A stretch of DNA of 64,000 nt from a virus. The position numbers and the translations under genes were made by a program. The stretch spans positions 32,001 through 96,000 of IMG/VR virus record IMGVR_UViG_3300025435_001056; one strand, given 5' to 3'. Positions 50,455 through 62,914 of this stretch are shown here, piece by piece. The notes beneath the pieces were generated by a model that searched no databases, was not told where the DNA came from, and was given only the letters and a program-made list of their open reading frames with translations. How positions within the stretch are numbered: the stretch's first letter is position 1; every line of letters starts with the position of its first letter.

Positions 50455-51575
50455 GGCATACGAGGGTAGGTTCGGGACAACCAGTTGAGGTTTTCTCTTT
50501 CAGGATGACGCTGATACCAGCCCTCACCGCCATGCACATCTAATACGGCTTGGAAATATTCTTCATACATGGGTGCTACTCGTTCTAGGCTAAAGTTTTC
50601 ACCCCAGGTCCTGCAGGCTTGCGGATCGATATTTGAAATATTTTCGGTGGCCCACACAAACTGATCAAAGGTTCTGCAACGATAGCCGGTTACACCTTGT
50701 ATGTTGTTTTCAGGGAAACTTCCCCAATCGGTGGTGATGGTGGGTGTGCCGGATAGTAGCATTTCAATCTGCACCCCACCAAATGGTTCCACATACTGTG
50801 ATGCTACAAAAGCACCCTTGGCGCCCGACATCAGCTTCTTACGCTTGGTCACATCGGCATAGCCCACAAACTCCACATGGTCGGGGAAGGTTCGGTTCTC
50901 GGGATTTTGTCCGGCAATGATCAAGCGTTCGCCGGCGGCTTCGGTGGCCTGTATGGCAATGTCGATACCCTTGCCCACATACACACGACCCAGGAACAGG
51001 AAGTAGTCTTCTTTCTTGACCTGGAACTCAAAGTCATCCAGATCAAAATAGTTGGGTATGACCGCATCATACCAGTCTTGTTTGCAGGTGCCTACGGCTT
51101 CGAGTCCGCAGTAGGCATGATAGATTGCATAGCTCTCAAAGATCTTCCAACGGGCCCAGTGGCCGCCAGCATAGCCAATGCCGGGCTCTACTGTGATTAA
51201 GTCTGGATGTGCGTCACAAATGGGTCTGACACCTGATCCCCAGAACGGCAGGATAAAGTCGTTTTTCTGTTTGCGTAGACCAATTTCACGGATAGCGTTG
51301 GCGTAGAAAGTTTGATAGGCATGATCGGCCACATCATACTTGAAAAAGTTGTTGCGCCAGTCATAGTCACCGTAGGCCTTCTTCCAGTCCGCGTTAGTGA
51401 TCACTGTCACATGTTCATCACACACCAGGTCTGAATCTTCGTGTCCGTAGTGTATGATGGTGTGTCCGCGGTCTCGCATCATGCGGCCGAATTTGACAAC
51501 TTTTTGGGTGTAAGCACAGGCATTGAATTCCTTGCTTGTTACTGTGTGGGGGAGTCCTAGGATATGAAAGCGCAT
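50451..51575 (-). CDS. Glycosyltransferase family 4
   Basis: FLGR...[17 protein letters not shown]. Confidence 0.9.
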   Translation of the reverse strand: MRFHILGLPHTVTSKEFNACAYTQKVVKFGRMMRDRGHTIIHYGHEDSDLVCDEHVTVITNADWKKAYGDYDWRNNFFKYDVADHAYQTFYANAIREIGLRKQKNDFILPFWGSGVRPICDAHPDLITVEPGIGYAGGHWARWKIFESYAIYHAYCGLEAVGTCKQDWYDAVIPNYFDLDDFEFQVKKEDYFLFLGRVYVGKGIDIAIQATEAAGERLIIAGQNPENRTFPDHVEFVGYADVTKRKKLMSGAKGAFVASQYVEPFGGVQIEMLLSGTPTITTDWGSFPENNIQGVTGYRCRTFDQFVWATENISNIDPQACRTWGENFSLERVAPMYEEYFQAVLDVHGGEGWYQRHPERENLNWLSRTYPRMP

Positions 51576-51587
51576 CAACTACTTATT

Positions 51588-52259
51588 TTAGCGCAGATCG
51601 AACAGGATAATTTCTAATTCAGTAGGGCGGGTGATTTCTAAAAATGTTTCGGATTCTATAGCTAGTCCATCACCTTCTGTGACTGCGGTTCCATTTATGT
51701 CTGCAGATCCCAACACCACATAGGCATAGTAGTGTCTGGCCGGATCCAAGTAATAGCCAAAGTAATCGGTAAAGATACCGGCTAAGAGGCGGGCATCTTG
51801 ACGGATGGGTAAGCGTTCAGTGATATTGCAAAAACGGTTTAGTTTATCCTCTCTGCTAAACTGATGCCACGCATAACCAGGTTCTGTATCAGTTACACTA
51901 GGACGGATCCATAACTGTAGGTAACGATTTGGAACATTGCTGGTATTGCCTTCGGTGTGACTGATGCCCGAACCACAGGTCATTCTTTGCACAGCACCGG
52001 CAGGAACTTCTACATTGTTACCAAGACTATCCACATGATGGCTAGATCCAGAAACCACATAGCCAAAGATTTCCATGTTTTTATGTTCGTGCCAGGGCAC
52101 TTGCCAAGCATATTGCACACGGTCATCATTGATGGTTTGCAAATCGCTGTAGTTTGTATAGCGAGGATCGTGATAGCCAGGAAAGCTGAAGGTTCTGCGA
52201 CTGTCTATAAAGTCGGCTCTAGGATTACCGCGTGTGTCGGCAGGCCTTAGGCAGATCAC
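51588..52259 (-). CDS. Pirin-family protein (YhhW-like)
   Basis: TFSF..YHDP, INDD, HEHKNMEI, HVDSLGN, GSGISHTE, LQLWI. Confidence 0.9.
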   Translation of the reverse strand: MICLRPADTRGNPRADFIDSRRTFSFPGYHDPRYTNYSDLQTINDDRVQYAWQVPWHEHKNMEIFGYVVSGSSHHVDSLGNNVEVPAGAVQRMTCGSGISHTEGNTSNVPNRYLQLWIRPSVTDTEPGYAWHQFSREDKLNRFCNITERLPIRQDARLLAGIFTDYFGYYLDPARHYYAYVVLGSADINGTAVTEGDGLAIESETFLEITRPTELEIILFDLR

Positions 52260-52841
52260 TTAGCACCATTGGGTAGGATCGCCGATAGTTGGGCTGATCA
52301 GTCTAAAGGTAGCTGGGAAGTTCCAGGTGCCAGGCAAGGTATAGATTGGCCCATACTGGTAAGTGTTGGAGCCCGGAGTCTGCCACGCCGTGGTGTAGGT
52401 ATTGACCACGCCCATGTTAAAATATACATAATCGGCATTTTCATACCACATGCCAACCAAGGCCACACCACCGGTCAAGGTGCTACCCGAGCCCCAGGTC
52501 ACATTGAACATATAGACCGTGTTGTTGGTAGTGTCCAGACCGTGCGTGTCAAAATAAGCCTTGATTTCGGCCAGTTTGGCTGGATTACCACCTTGTGCTG
52601 CGCCCAGTAACGGAGTGTAAAATTCTCTACCAGGTCCGTATGTGGGTTCTCCGGCGGTGGCAAATCCCAAGTTGCTGTTGGGGGTAACGCCGCCACCATT
52701 GTTCCAGGCAGTAAAATCCGAGGACGACAGCACAAATCCTCTGGTGCCGGCTGTGATGTTGGCCGGACCATTGGACTTGAGTGTGACGCCGCGGGTAGGG
52801 TCTTGTTGTGCTAGACTGATTCCTTGATTGTTTACGCTCAT
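52260..52841 (-). CDS. Putative virion appendage protein
   Basis: G/T/N-rich; inside the fibre operon; GTWNFPATF. Confidence 0.6.
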   Translation of the reverse strand: MSVNNQGISLAQQDPTRGVTLKSNGPANITAGTRGFVLSSSDFTAWNNGGGVTPNSNLGFATAGEPTYGPGREFYTPLLGAAQGGNPAKLAEIKAYFDTHGLDTTNNTVYMFNVTWGSGSTLTGGVALVGMWYENADYVYFNMGVVNTYTTAWQTPGSNTYQYGPIYTLPGTWNFPATFRLISPTIGDPTQWC

Positions 52842-52850
52842 TGTTTATCC

Positions 52851-53660
52851 TTATACTCCAAAGAATCCGCCAAACTCCACCGCACGATAGCGATAGTAGG
52901 CCGTGGATGCTGTGGCATCTGTTGTGGCATATACCTGTAGTAATCCACTGCCGTTGACATTGGCAGTGTAGGTTGCATGTGGTATAGATCCACTTGTAGT
53001 AGATACTGTGCCCACGGCCACATTGGCAGTGCCGCCTTGATTTTTAGTAACATAAATCGCGGCCAGTTCTGTGTCGCTGTCACTGGTAGTGCCGTATTGG
53101 TAGTTGATTCGTAACTCCAAGGCTATAATGGTAGGGTCACTCACAGTATAGACCAAGGTCGGCGTGTTGACGCCAATGGTAGGATCTACACTCTTGCCCG
53201 GAATAATGTCGGCCACACCGGCGTTGCCATTGCGGATAATGGTTCTGCTGATATAGATATTGCCAGTGTCGCTGGGTGATCCCAGGCTGAAATCCACAGC
53301 AGTATTAGCTGTGGTAATACCCGGAATAGGCAAGTCATTGGGTTGATCACTAACAGTTAATCTACCCACAAATACATTCTTGTCCGCGGTGATTTCACCG
53401 CCTGTGGCATATAGATTGTCAAACACCGCATGTATGGTGCCATCCACTGTCAGGGACTGTGTAAAATCGCCACCCACGCCCACAGTCACATTGCTGGTAG
53501 TGCTCAAGGTGCTGACATTGCTGATGTTGTAGCCGTTGCCATCCAGGTTAGCAGTGAGTGTGCCGCCAAATGTGCCGGTTGGACCGGTGGCACCTTGTGC
53601 GCCAACTATGGCCAGTTGCCACGATGATGTTCCTGAGTCCCAATATTTTAATACTGACAT
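52851..53660 (-). CDS. Short fibre protein with mini collagen segment
   Basis: GAQGATGPTG followed by LTANLDG motif; C-terminal domain resembles that of the 1603-aa fibre. Confidence 0.7.
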   Translation of the reverse strand: MSVLKYWDSGTSSWQLAIVGAQGATGPTGTFGGTLTANLDGNGYNISNVSTLSTTSNVTVGVGGDFTQSLTVDGTIHAVFDNLYATGGEITADKNVFVGRLTVSDQPNDLPIPGITTANTAVDFSLGSPSDTGNIYISRTIIRNGNAGVADIIPGKSVDPTIGVNTPTLVYTVSDPTIIALELRINYQYGTTSDSDTELAAIYVTKNQGGTANVAVGTVSTTSGSIPHATYTANVNGSGLLQVYATTDATASTAYYRYRAVEFGGFFGV

Positions 53661-53676
53661 TTTGTTTTCCTATTCA

Positions 53677-56667
53677 TTAACTGTTTGATATGTAGGTTAT
53701 GGTTCCACCTATGCTGAGATTGGCACCCAGATCCGCAGCCGTAGCCCGTTTCAACTGCAAACTACTGCCTGTTACATAGTAGGCATACAGGGCAATGGTT
53801 GAGCTGTTGCTTGCAATAGTGCCGGTATAAACTTCAAGTTGCCCGGCACCAGCATAGTCCACACTCTGTAACGATCCTTGATAGCCGGGTTGATTGGCTG
53901 ATGTAAATGGCAGTCCAGTGATGGTGGCATTGCCCACGCCTGTATTGACACTGGTAACAATATCAAAGTTCAACACAACCAAGTTACCGGTCTTGATATA
54001 GTTACCAATCTGTGTGACATAGGTCTGGCTTCCTTGTGTGTTTGCAAACTGTAAGGTTGGTGTCCACGAACCTTGACTTTGTGTGGTAGCCGCGGTATAT
54101 TGTGTGGTAGCATCGCTAAATGTAATAGAGTTAGCTGTGACAGAATTGATGTTGCTGATACTGTAGCCTTGGCCATCTATGTTGGCAGTCAATATACCAT
54201 TAAATGCGCCGGTTGCTCCTGTGGCACCGGGTTCACCTGGATTACCTTGGACGCCAGTAGCACCAGTTGCGCCATTAGTTCCGGGTGTTCCTGTGGCTCC
54301 AGTAGCACCTGTAGTTCCTTGACCACCTGGCAAGCCCGAAGGTCCTGTGGCACCTGTGGCACCTGGGTTACCAGCCACGCCAGTGGCACCTGTAGTGCCC
54401 ATTACGCCTGTAGCACCTTGTGGGCCAGTAGCACCAAATCCACCTGCGGTCCAGCTCAATACGCCTGTGCCATCTGTGGTCAAGACCTCCCCGTTGCTAC
54501 CTGTATCAACCGGCAGGGTCAATGTGTAGCCAGCTGTGCCCGCGTTAGGCTGTAGCACAACATTGTTAGATCCTAGGCCAGTGCCAATGCTTGATACATT
54601 GGCTATGGAGAAGCTTTCACCATCCATGTTCTGTGTCAAAGTGCCGGCAAATACTCCAGTGGCACCTGTTGCGCCTTGAACACCTGTAGCGCCTTGAACA
54701 CCTGTTGCGCCAATAAAGCCCTGTATGCCAGTGGCTCCATTAAAGCCCTGTATACCAGTAGCACCAACAAATCCTTGAACTCCAGTGGCTCCATTAAAGC
54801 CCTGTATGCCGGTAGCACCCTGAATACCCTGTATGCCAGTGGCACCAACAAATCCTTGTATGCCTGTAGCTCCATTAAAGCCCTGTATACCAGTGGCGCC
54901 CTGAATACCTTGAACTCCAGTTGCTCCAGTAGTTCCTTGAATTCCGGTCGCTCCAACAAAACCTTGTATGCCAGTAGCTCCCTGAATACCTTGTATGCCA
55001 GTGGCACCAACAAATCCTTGAACTCCAGTAGCACCCTGGAAGCCCATTACACCAGTAGCACCATCGAGTCCTGGCAAGCCATCATTACCAGCATTGCCCA
55101 TAACACCAGTGGCTCCCTGGAAGCCCATGATGCCTGTAGCACCTGTTGTGCCCATTACACCTGTTGCACCTGTGGCACCAATTCCGGTAGCACCAGTGGC
55201 GCCTACTGCGCCCACTGCGCCATCCAAGTTCACTGTCCAGGTTGTGGATGGTGTGGCTGTGGCATGTGACGCATCAGTTATTATAGCACTCAAAGCGCCA
55301 GTGCCTGAATCGTAACTGCTGATCGTGCCTACTGTGTAATCGGTGTAGTCATATAGATATGCAATCACGATGCTCTGTGCTGGTGTATAAGCAAGTCCAG
55401 TTTCAACAGTCAAAGTAATGGTGGCTCCATTTACATAATCGCTCAAACTCAAAAGTGAGCTTGAAGTGGTTGAATACTTGTCACCATTGGTTCCAGCTAC
55501 ACCTGTTGCACCAGTGGTTCCTTGGACTCCGGTAGCTCCCTGAACTCCGGTGGCTCCAACGAAGCCCTGTATGCCAGTGGCACCTGTAAAGCCTTGTATG
55601 CCGGTTGCGCCAACCAAGCCTTGAACACCAGTTGCCCCTTGGAATCCTTGAACTCCAGTTGCCCCAATAAAGCCCTGTATACCAGTTGCGCCAACCAAGC
55701 CCTGTATACCAGTTGCGCCTATAAAGCCTTGGATACCGGTTGCTCCTTGGATACCGGTTGCTCCTGTAGTTCCGTTTATGCCTGTAGCACCTGTTGTGCC
55801 CTGAATACCCGTTGCACCAGAGAATCCCATTACTCCAGTGGCACCAGTTGTGCCTGAGATACCAGTGGCACCAGTTGTTCCATGTATGCCAGTAGCACCC
55901 TGGAAGCCCATTACTCCTGTTGCTCCAGTAGCACCAGCACCGGTAGCACCTGTGGCTCCTACTACACCTGTTGCTCCTGTAGCGCCAACACCTTCGATGC
56001 CAGAAATACTAGTATCAAGCCATAATATATTGTGGTCAGCAGGTGCTGTTGATTGAGCAACAATACCCTGATCTCCAGTGGCACCCGTGGCTCCTGTAGT
56101 GCCTATGCCAGTCGCGCCAATCGATCCCATAACACCAGTAGCACCAGGGAATCCCATTACACCGGTAGCACCTGGGAAGCCCATAACACCTGTTGCACCT
56201 GTAGTGCCAGCGATACCTGTCGCGCCAGGGAATCCCATGACGCCAGTAGCACCAGTAGTTCCTGCTACGCCAGTGGCGCCTGTTGAACCTATGCCAGTTG
56301 CACCAACAAATCCTTGAACACCAGTTGCTCCATTAAATCCTTGAATGCCTGTAGCACCTGAGTTTCCTTGTATGCCGGTAGCACCTGTTGTGCCCATTAC
56401 ACCGGTAGCACCTGGCAAGCCCATCACTCCAGTGGCACCCGTTGTTCCTTGTGGTCCTGTGGCACCTGAGAATCCCATCACTCCCGTGGCACCTGAGTTT
56501 CCTTGTATGCCGGTAGCACCTGTGGCCCCTACTGATCCCCCAATACCGGTGATGTTTGAACCGTCACCATAAAGATAACTTCCTGCGGTACCTATTACAT
56601 TGCCTACAATGTTACCGGTAGTGCTAAACCCGCCGTCCGAGTTGAATGGTGTTATGTTTGCTGACAT
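53677..56667 (-). CDS. Collagen-like (Gly-Ala-Thr) tail fibre, 996 aa
   Basis: Long G-X-Y tracts; C-terminal WTP...[10 protein letters not shown] receptor-binding-type domain. Confidence 0.85.
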   Translation of the reverse strand: MSANITPFNSDGGFSTTGNIVGNVIGTAGSYLYGDGSNITGIGGSVGATGATGIQGNSGATGVMGFSGATGPQGTTGATGVMGLPGATGVMGTTGATGIQGNSGATGIQGFNGATGVQGFVGATGIGSTGATGVAGTTGATGVMGFPGATGIAGTTGATGVMGFPGATGVMGFPGATGVMGSIGATGIGTTGATGATGDQGIVAQSTAPADHNILWLDTSISGIEGVGATGATGVVGATGATGAGATGATGVMGFQGATGIHGTTGATGISGTTGATGVMGFSGATGIQGTTGATGINGTTGATGIQGATGIQGFIGATGIQGLVGATGIQGFIGATGVQGFQGATGVQGLVGATGIQGFTGATGIQGFVGATGVQGATGVQGTTGATGVAGTNGDKYSTTSSSLLSLSDYVNGATITLTVETGLAYTPAQSIVIAYLYDYTDYTVGTISSYDSGTGALSAIITDASHATATPSTTWTVNLDGAVGAVGATGATGIGATGATGVMGTTGATGIMGFQGATGVMGNAGNDGLPGLDGATGVMGFQGATGVQGFVGATGIQGIQGATGIQGFVGATGIQGTTGATGVQGIQGATGIQGFNGATGIQGFVGATGIQGIQGATGIQGFNGATGVQGFVGATGIQGFNGATGIQGFIGATGVQGATGVQGATGATGVFAGTLTQNMDGESFSIANVSSIGTGLGSNNVVLQPNAGTAGYTLTLPVDTGSNGEVLTTDGTGVLSWTAGGFGATGPQGATGVMGTTGATGVAGNPGATGATGPSGLPGGQGTTGATGATGTPGTNGATGATGVQGNPGEPGATGATGAFNGILTANIDGQGYSISNINSVTANSITFSDATTQYTAATTQSQGSWTPTLQFANTQGSQTYVTQIGNYIKTGNLVVLNFDIVTSVNTGVGNATITGLPFTSANQPGYQGSLQSVDYAGAGQLEVYTGTIASNSSTIALYAYYVTGSSLQLKRATAADLGANLSIGGTITYISNS
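54208..56530 (-). repeat. Degenerate coding tandem repeats (G-X-Y, unit GAT-GIQ-GFx), interrupted by globular inserts
   Basis: Visible 9/27-nt periodicity; boundaries approximate. Confidence 0.9.
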
Positions 56668-56677
56668 TTATTTGTCC

Positions 56678-59600
56678 TTAGTCGTATGTCTGGTTAAATT
56701 CTACAACATCAAATGTAAAGTAGTATGATCCATTGCTGGCTGTTCCGTTACCAGTAGCAGTGGCATTGATGAACATGGTGCCGTAGATGGGATCATAGGC
56801 AGGAACAATCACCACATCATCTTCGGTTGGATCTGTTTTGAGTCGATTGGTTATGCTGTAAGTTATGTCGCCAGAATCATTTCTGGCGGCAAAAATATCG
56901 GCCATCTGCATGTTTTGTGGTGTGCCGGCTCCGTGTTGGATACGCATGGTCATCCGAAATGCCCAGACCTTTGCGTTGTATGCGGTGTAGACCACCTGTG
57001 GAGAGCCAAAATCAGCACTCTGTATGAGGGTAGAAATTGTAACTTGATTGGTGCTGCCCGAGTTAGGTGATATGATTCTGCGTGTGCCGTATAGGCCCAG
57101 CTGCTCACCTTCGTAAGGGTTACCTGGATCGTAACTATTTTCTGTGCCAATCTTGACTGCGGGCAATATTACCTGACCGGATTCGTTGAACACGGTGGCT
57201 TTTGAGTTGACAGTTAGAGTTATATTTCCCCAGTCACCGTCGCCTTGCCCGGCATTGATTAGCACACTACCACCTACGGTCGCACAGCCAGTTGCGGTGC
57301 CACCATTCAATACCAAGGCTCCACCGGCCGAAGGAAGTCCACCTATACCGTTGGTTGTGCTGCCGCCACTCAAGACCAATGCACCAGCTATACGGTCAGT
57401 ATTGGCAGTTGCCCCAGTGATATACATTGTATTACCAAAATTGTTGCTGGTGATATTACCACCAACATTTAAGGTGCCGGTATTATCAAACTGCCAATAA
57501 CCTTGTGATCCAGTGCCATCACCATAGGTTGTGATATCAATATTACCATCTGGATAGGCTGTGAGACAACCAGCATAGTTTCCGTTGGCATAGAAACTGG
57601 TAAAGCTGGTTGGATTACCATTGCCACCATCCAGGCCTGTCCAGCCCTTGCCAGCAAAGCCTAGGCGGCCGCCACTTGGTAGGTATATCTCGCCATCTGC
57701 ACCAAAAGTCCAAAATCTGGTTGTGGTATTGGCAGTGTCATAAGTTTCAATGACAACATTGCTCAGGGTATTGACTGTGCTGATTGTGGTATCACTAAAG
57801 GTAATATTGCCAGTGTTGGCTGTGCCACTGCCCAGACTGACCTGAATGCCGTTGGCATAGTTTACAGCAAAAGTGTTGCCCGGTAATGTTAGGTTACCGG
57901 TTGGGTCAAAGGCCCAGGTCTTAGGGCTGGTGCTGTTGCCGGTAAGGACCAAGATGTTGCCATCGGCATATGAGTTGAAATCTATGGTGGCTATGTTGCC
58001 GGGACTGAAGGCATTGGTTACCCAGCCTACAGTGGCTGAAGCATTGGCACCTGCACCATATATTGCTAATACATTTCCATTATTGATCAACACTGATCCT
58101 GGTGCAATACCTATATCTCCAAGGTAGAGATTACCGTTGGTTTGGAATGAGTTGGCTGTGATATTGCCAGTGGTGCTGACGGAGTTGCTACCAAATGCAC
58201 CCAGCAAGGAAACCACATTTGAATCACCGTAGTTGCCGGTAACTCCATTCAAAATACTAACACCATTGGCATAGTTGATATTGCTGGTATTCAATGGTAG
58301 GGTTAGGTTGCCGGTGGTATCAAATGTCCATGTGTTGGCTGTACCGGCTTTGTTGCTTTGGATGCGCACATTGGTGGCGGCCATGAAGTCGGAGTTAGTA
58401 TCAGTGACAGCGATTCTATCCTGACCAGCTCGTTTCACATAGAAGTTGGCCGCGGAATTGATCGTCATGTTGGTTCCGCCATCTACTTTGATGTAACCGT
58501 TGTTGGTTGTACCGCCATCACTGCTGAATACGATCTGATCAAAAGCATCGGTATTCAGTAAGGTGATTGCGTTGGAGAATACATTGCCCACAACACTCAT
58601 GACAGCTGGGCCACCAGTAGAGGCCACAATAAACTGTCCATTGTAGGGTGATAAAGTTACAACACCAGCTTCAGATTCAAAAATCGTGCTGCCACCGCCA
58701 TCCCAGACAATAGCACCACTGGTAGCACCGGTGTTTTGACCGATATGCACATTACCGGCACCGTCAAAGGCCAAGTAGTTGATATAACCGTCGTTATCTA
58801 CACCGTTGACAAATCCTACCACATTGCCTACGCCTGACAGACCGCCTAAGCTCACATTGCTGGCCACCAACTGAGCACCTGTTAAGTTGAAGTTAATGTT
58901 ACCGGTGGTATCAAAAGTCCAAGAATAATCTGTGCCTGCATTGGTATTGATTGTGACATTGCCGTTGGCCATAGGAATGGACACATTGCTGAGACCATTA
59001 TAAATTGTGTTGGCTGTGCCGCCGCCTGCTGGTCCATAAGTTAATTCGTTGGTCGTGCTGTTGAAGTAAACAGCATTGGCAGTGTTGCTGGTATCATTGC
59101 GAACAGGATTAACATAGAATCCTGAGTTAGTTGGGTTTTGTGCCATAACAGCACCAGAGCCGTTTAATACAATGCTGTTTGCTGGTTGATTTGTGTAGCC
59201 AGCATAATATCCAATGGCTATAGCATTATCGCCTTGAGTTTCACCGCCAGCATAGTTACCAATGGCTATGGCATTGTTGCCTTGCTGGTCATAGGCTGCT
59301 GAGTAGCCAATGGCCACAGCAAAATCATGTTGGTTAGTTTGACCGGCGTAAGGACCAACAGCTACTGAATATTGTCCTTGTCCTTCGCTACCAGCACTAT
59401 CACCGACAGCAACACTGCTAGCACCTTGATTATTACCAGTCAAATAGCCAATGGAAATATTGTTTGGACCATACAAATTGTTGATATTGCCAATATTGGC
59501 CCAGGCTACTGAAATTCCTGTGAGGTTTGAACCGTCGCCGTGTAAGTAAGCACCAACAATGTTGCCAGTGGTTTCTATGTTAGCACTTCCTGTTAATGCA

Positions 59601-61489
59601 ACATTGCCGGTATTGATCACCCATGGTCCAGGACCACTACTGTTTACATCGAATTCGATATTGCCACCGCTGCTACTGATGTAAAGAGTTGGAGTGGCAT
59701 CAAAACCAATATAACCTAGATTGTTACCATTTTGAACAAAATACAAATCAGCATATGGGTCAACATACACACTGGCTGAAAAACCAGTTATGCTGTTAGA
59801 CAAAGTAGAGGTATTGCCCCAGCTTAGTATGCCTGTGCCATCTGTAGTTAATACCTGTGTGTTGCTACCAGTATCAACTGGAAGTGTAAGTGTGTAGCCT
59901 GCTGTGCTAGCATTGGGTTGTAGCACTACATTGTTGGTGCCAAGGCCTGTGCCAATACTGCTGACATTGGCGATTGAGAAACCTTCACCATCCATGTTTT
60001 GAGTAAGTTGGCCACTGAATACTCCAGTGGCGCCTGTAGCACCTATTCCAGTGGCTCCAGTTATGCCTGTAGCACCTGTAGTTCCTGCTACGCCTGTGGC
60101 ACCTGTAGTGCCTTGAATACCTGTAGCACCAGTTGTGCCCATGATACCTGTCGCGCCCTGGAAGCCCATGACGCCAGTAGCTCCCTGGAAGCCCATAATA
60201 CCAGTTGCACCAATCACACCTTGTATGCCAGTGGCTCCCGCAAATCCTTGTATACCAGTTGCACCTTGGAAGCCCATGATACCAGTGGCACCAGTAGTTC
60301 CTTGAACACCAGTTGCACCAGCAAAGCCCATGATACCTGTAGCACCAATCAAGCCCTGTATGCCGGTGGCTCCCTGAATGCCCTGAACTCCAGTTGCACC
60401 TGAAAAGCCCTGTATGCCAGTAGCTCCCGTAAATCCTTGAATACCTGTAGCACCGGTTGAACCTATGCCAGTAGCACCAGTAGTTCCTTGAACACCAGTA
60501 GCACCTGTTGAACCAGTTGGCCCTTTGATTGTGCCCACATCAGTCCAGGTTCCGCCAGCATATACCCATAGGTCGCCGGTAGTTTGATCTATAACGCCAT
60601 CACCATTGACTGCACCTGGGAAAGCGGCGTTTAATGTTGCCTGCGGATCACCGCCCACAGTGGGCACCGATCCAATAATTGTTACACTGGTTCCTGTAGC
60701 ACCTACAGGGCCAGTGGCTCCACGCACACCTGTAGCACCAGTAGGTCCTGTAGCACCCGAAGCACCAATGCCTGTGGCTCCAATAAGGCCGGTAGCACCT
60801 GTAGCACCTGTGGTGCCTTGTGGTCCTGTAGCACCTGTTGTGCCAACTCCAGTGCTGCCTGTTGCACCACGAATGCCTGTGGCACCAATAAAGCCCTGTA
60901 TACCAGTGGCACCCGAAGCACCTCTAACGCCTGTGGCACCAATAAAGCCCATGATGCCCGTAGCACCCGGTGTTCCTTGTGGGCCAGTTGCTCCAGTAGT
61001 TCCTTGAACACCTGTTGCACCCGAAAATCCCTGAATACCAGTGGCTCCCTGGAAGCCCATAACGCCAGTGGCACCTGTAGTGCCAACTCCGGTAGCACCT
61101 GTGGTTCCACGAATGCCTGTTGCTCCTGGTGTGCCTTGTGGGCCAGTGGCTCCAGTAGCACCAACTCCAGTTGCTCCTGTAGTTCCCGGTGATCCAGTAG
61201 CGCCAGTGGCACCTGTTGTTCCCTGTGATCCTGTAGCTCCCGTGGCACCTGTGGTTCCACGAATGCCTGTTGCGCCTGTAGCACCTGTATATGAGGGTCC
61301 AGAAGCACCTGCTGCACCTGTAGCGCCTGTAGCGCCGGCTGAACCTGTGGCACCTGTGGCACCTGTGGCACCATTGACACCACCTGTGGCCACCCATTTG
61401 GTGCCGTCATAAGTGTAGGCCACACCATTCGAGGCAGTATACATGTCGCCTGGGTTGGCTGGGTAGGGAAAAACGATGTTTGTAGTCAT
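56678..61489 (-). CDS. Collagen-like fibre/adhesin, 1603 aa, with YadA-head-like repeats
   Basis: GAT repeats; (A/S)(V/I)AIG repeats; six W(T/A)FDxxGxLxLP-type repeats; TAAATA at 61511-61516. Confidence 0.85.
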   Translation of the reverse strand: MTTNIVFPYPANPGDMYTASNGVAYTYDGTKWVATGGVNGATGATGATGSAGATGATGAAGASGPSYTGATGATGIRGTTGATGATGSQGTTGATGATGSPGTTGATGVGATGATGPQGTPGATGIRGTTGATGVGTTGATGVMGFQGATGIQGFSGATGVQGTTGATGPQGTPGATGIMGFIGATGVRGASGATGIQGFIGATGIRGATGSTGVGTTGATGPQGTTGATGATGLIGATGIGASGATGPTGATGVRGATGPVGATGTSVTIIGSVPTVGGDPQATLNAAFPGAVNGDGVIDQTTGDLWVYAGGTWTDVGTIKGPTGSTGATGVQGTTGATGIGSTGATGIQGFTGATGIQGFSGATGVQGIQGATGIQGLIGATGIMGFAGATGVQGTTGATGIMGFQGATGIQGFAGATGIQGVIGATGIMGFQGATGVMGFQGATGIMGTTGATGIQGTTGATGVAGTTGATGITGATGIGATGATGVFSGQLTQNMDGEGFSIANVSSIGTGLGTNNVVLQPNASTAGYTLTLPVDTGSNTQVLTTDGTGILSWGNTSTLSNSITGFSASVYVDPYADLYFVQNGNNLGYIGFDATPTLYISSSGGNIEFDVNSSGPGPWVINTGNVALTGSANIETTGNIVGAYLHGDGSNLTGISVAWANIGNINNLYGPNNISIGYLTGNNQGASSVAVGDSAGSEGQGQYSVAVGPYAGQTNQHDFAVAIGYSAAYDQQGNNAIAIGNYAGGETQGDNAIAIGYYAGYTNQPANSIVLNGSGAVMAQNPTNSGFYVNPVRNDTSNTANAVYFNSTTNELTYGPAGGGTANTIYNGLSNVSIPMANGNVTINTNAGTDYSWTFDTTGNINFNLTGAQLVASNVSLGGLSGVGNVVGFVNGVDNDGYINYLAFDGAGNVHIGQNTGATSGAIVWDGGGSTIFESEAGVVTLSPYNGQFIVASTGGPAVMSVVGNVFSNAITLLNTDAFDQIVFSSDGGTTNNGYIKVDGGTNMTINSAANFYVKRAGQDRIAVTDTNSDFMAATNVRIQSNKAGTANTWTFDTTGNLTLPLNTSNINYANGVSILNGVTGNYGDSNVVSLLGAFGSNSVSTTGNITANSFQTNGNLYLGDIGIAPGSVLINNGNVLAIYGAGANASATVGWVTNAFSPGNIATIDFNSYADGNILVLTGNSTSPKTWAFDPTGNLTLPGNTFAVNYANGIQVSLGSGTANTGNITFSDTTISTVNTLSNVVIETYDTANTTTRFWTFGADGEIYLPSGGRLGFAGKGWTGLDGGNGNPTSFTSFYANGNYAGCLTAYPDGNIDITTYGDGTGSQGYWQFDNTGTLNVGGNITSNNFGNTMYITGATANTDRIAGALVLSGGSTTNGIGGLPSAGGALVLNGGTATGCATVGGSVLINAGQGDGDWGNITLTVNSKATVFNESGQVILPAVKIGTENSYDPGNPYEGEQLGLYGTRRIISPNSGSTNQVTISTLIQSADFGSPQVVYTAYNAKVWAFRMTMRIQHGAGTPQNMQMADIFAARNDSGDITYSITNRLKTDPTEDDVVIVPAYDPIYGTMFINATATGNGTASNGSYYFTFDVVEFNQTYD
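60028..61373 (-). repeat. Degenerate coding tandem repeats (G-X-Y)
   Basis: Same unit as in the 996-aa gene; boundaries approximate. Confidence 0.9.
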
Positions 61490-61528
61490 GGGACCAATCC
61501 TGTTATCTTGTATTTAGTTTGATTCGTA

Positions 61529-62914
61529 TTACACACCGTATCTACTCCTTACAGCGGTATAATTTTGTTGTATTTCTGCTGTGGTCAAGGCACGATTATA
61601 GATCAAGGCCTGGCCAATTTTGGCATTCAAGTATTCTGAATTGTTGGTAACGCCAATGCCTAGGGCACTGGTAGTAACATTGTGACTGCCGCCCGGAGTG
61701 TCAGACGAGATCTGTGTGCCGTTTACCCAAAGGCTACGAGTAGTGCCGTCAAATTTGGCCACCACATTGAACCATTGTGTTACTGGGCTGAGACTACTGC
61801 TACCCACTAAATCATTGCCCCACCAATAGTTGTATAAACTATTATTTCCATTGTTTCTGAGTGCGTTTACCAAGTTGGTGTTGCCCCAGGCACTACCAAT
61901 ACCAATGATACCGCCATTACCCCAACTGCCGCCCATTTGAATCCAGGCACTCAAAGTATATGAGCTATTACCAGTGGGAATTCCAGTGGTAGTGGCTTTA
62001 TTAAAGTAGCCGTTACTGGTTAGAGTAAAGTAGCCGCCGCCCGAAGCGGTATATGTGATATTACTGGAATTCTGCATGACCACATTGTTGTTTTGACCAC
62101 TGAGATCATACCAAGTGGTGCCAGATCCTGGGTAACTTGCGGTGCTGTTGGCGTCAAGATACAACTGTAATCCACTGCTAACCGTGCCAAAATACTGGTT
62201 GTAAACAGCGTTGTAGTTTTGCTGTATTTCACTGGAGTTCAAGGCTCTCCCATAAATGGCCACAACGCCAATGTCACCATACCAATAGTTATCAGACAGT
62301 GCCACAGCTTCCCCACCGTTGGTGGCCCACTGACTCAGTGTCTGTCCTGGAGTAGTTCCCACAGCTTGTCCATTCAGGTAATAAGTCACCAGTCCAGCTC
62401 CAGTTTCAGTTACAGCTACCACGAACCATTGATTGGCTGTAATTGAAATATTGTTAGATAATCCTCCACCGCCAACTGCACTGAAATGTATTTGATAATT
62501 GTTTGATGTGTCGTGGTGTATATAGGTATTGAAGTTCCTGTTACCGCTGACCGAGCCAAATAAACAACGATACTGATCAACACCTGCGGTCCAGGCACTG
62601 GCGTTCATCCTGGCCACAATAAATGTGGTCTTGCCTGTATAGGTTTGATTGTATTTGGCAGTAGGGGTGCTGGCATACTGTGAGCTAGTGCCATTGAAAG
62701 AGAAGTAACTGGCTGTGCCAACATTGGTAAATGCAGGACTTCCGACCAGGGTGGCATTGTTGGTGTTGGTTGACAGATCAGTCCAGGTAGTGCCTGATCC
62801 GGCGTAACTGGCTGTATTGCCAGCGTTTAGGTATAACAGAGCACCGGCGGAATTAAACGATGAGTCATACACATTAAAGCCTTGTATGTTTATACCTTGA
62901 ATTATTGTTGTCAT
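61529..62914 (-). CDS. Tandem LamG/concanavalin-A-like lectin domain virion protein
   Basis: Two L.LYL(N/D)A...SY.GSGTTW.DLS...IY.RAL...EIQQNY units. Confidence 0.85.
   Translation of the reverse strand: MTTIIQGINIQGFNVYDSSFNSAGALLYLNAGNTASYAGSGTTWTDLSTNTNNATLVGSPAFTNVGTASYFSFNGTSSQYASTPTAKYNQTYTGKTTFIVARMNASAWTAGVDQYRCLFGSVSGNRNFNTYIHHDTSNNYQIHFSAVGGGGLSNNISITANQWFVVAVTETGAGLVTYYLNGQAVGTTPGQTLSQWATNGGEAVALSDNYWYGDIGVVAIYGRALNSSEIQQNYNAVYNQYFGTVSSGLQLYLDANSTASYPGSGTTWYDLSGQNNNVVMQNSSNITYTASGGGYFTLTSNGYFNKATTTGIPTGNSSYTLSAWIQMGGSWGNGGIIGIGSAWGNTNLVNALRNNGNNSLYNYWWGNDLVGSSSLSPVTQWFNVVAKFDGTTRSLWVNGTQISSDTPGGSHNVTTSALGIGVTNNSEYLNAKIGQALIYNRALTTAEIQQNYTAVRSRYGV

Noticed and set aside
54208-61373. 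Repeats as a possible CRISPR array or DGR template/variable pair
   Set aside because: Repeats are coding and degenerate at third positions with no unique spacers; the duplicated 218-bp segments are both coding and not evidently A-specific in their differences; no reverse transcriptase in the window
53772-61428. Many alternative-frame and antisense ORFs (PVAPVAP.., CST-rich, LVPL-rich)
   Set aside because: Shadows of the G-X-Y codon periodicity of the fibre genes; no SD or promoter support
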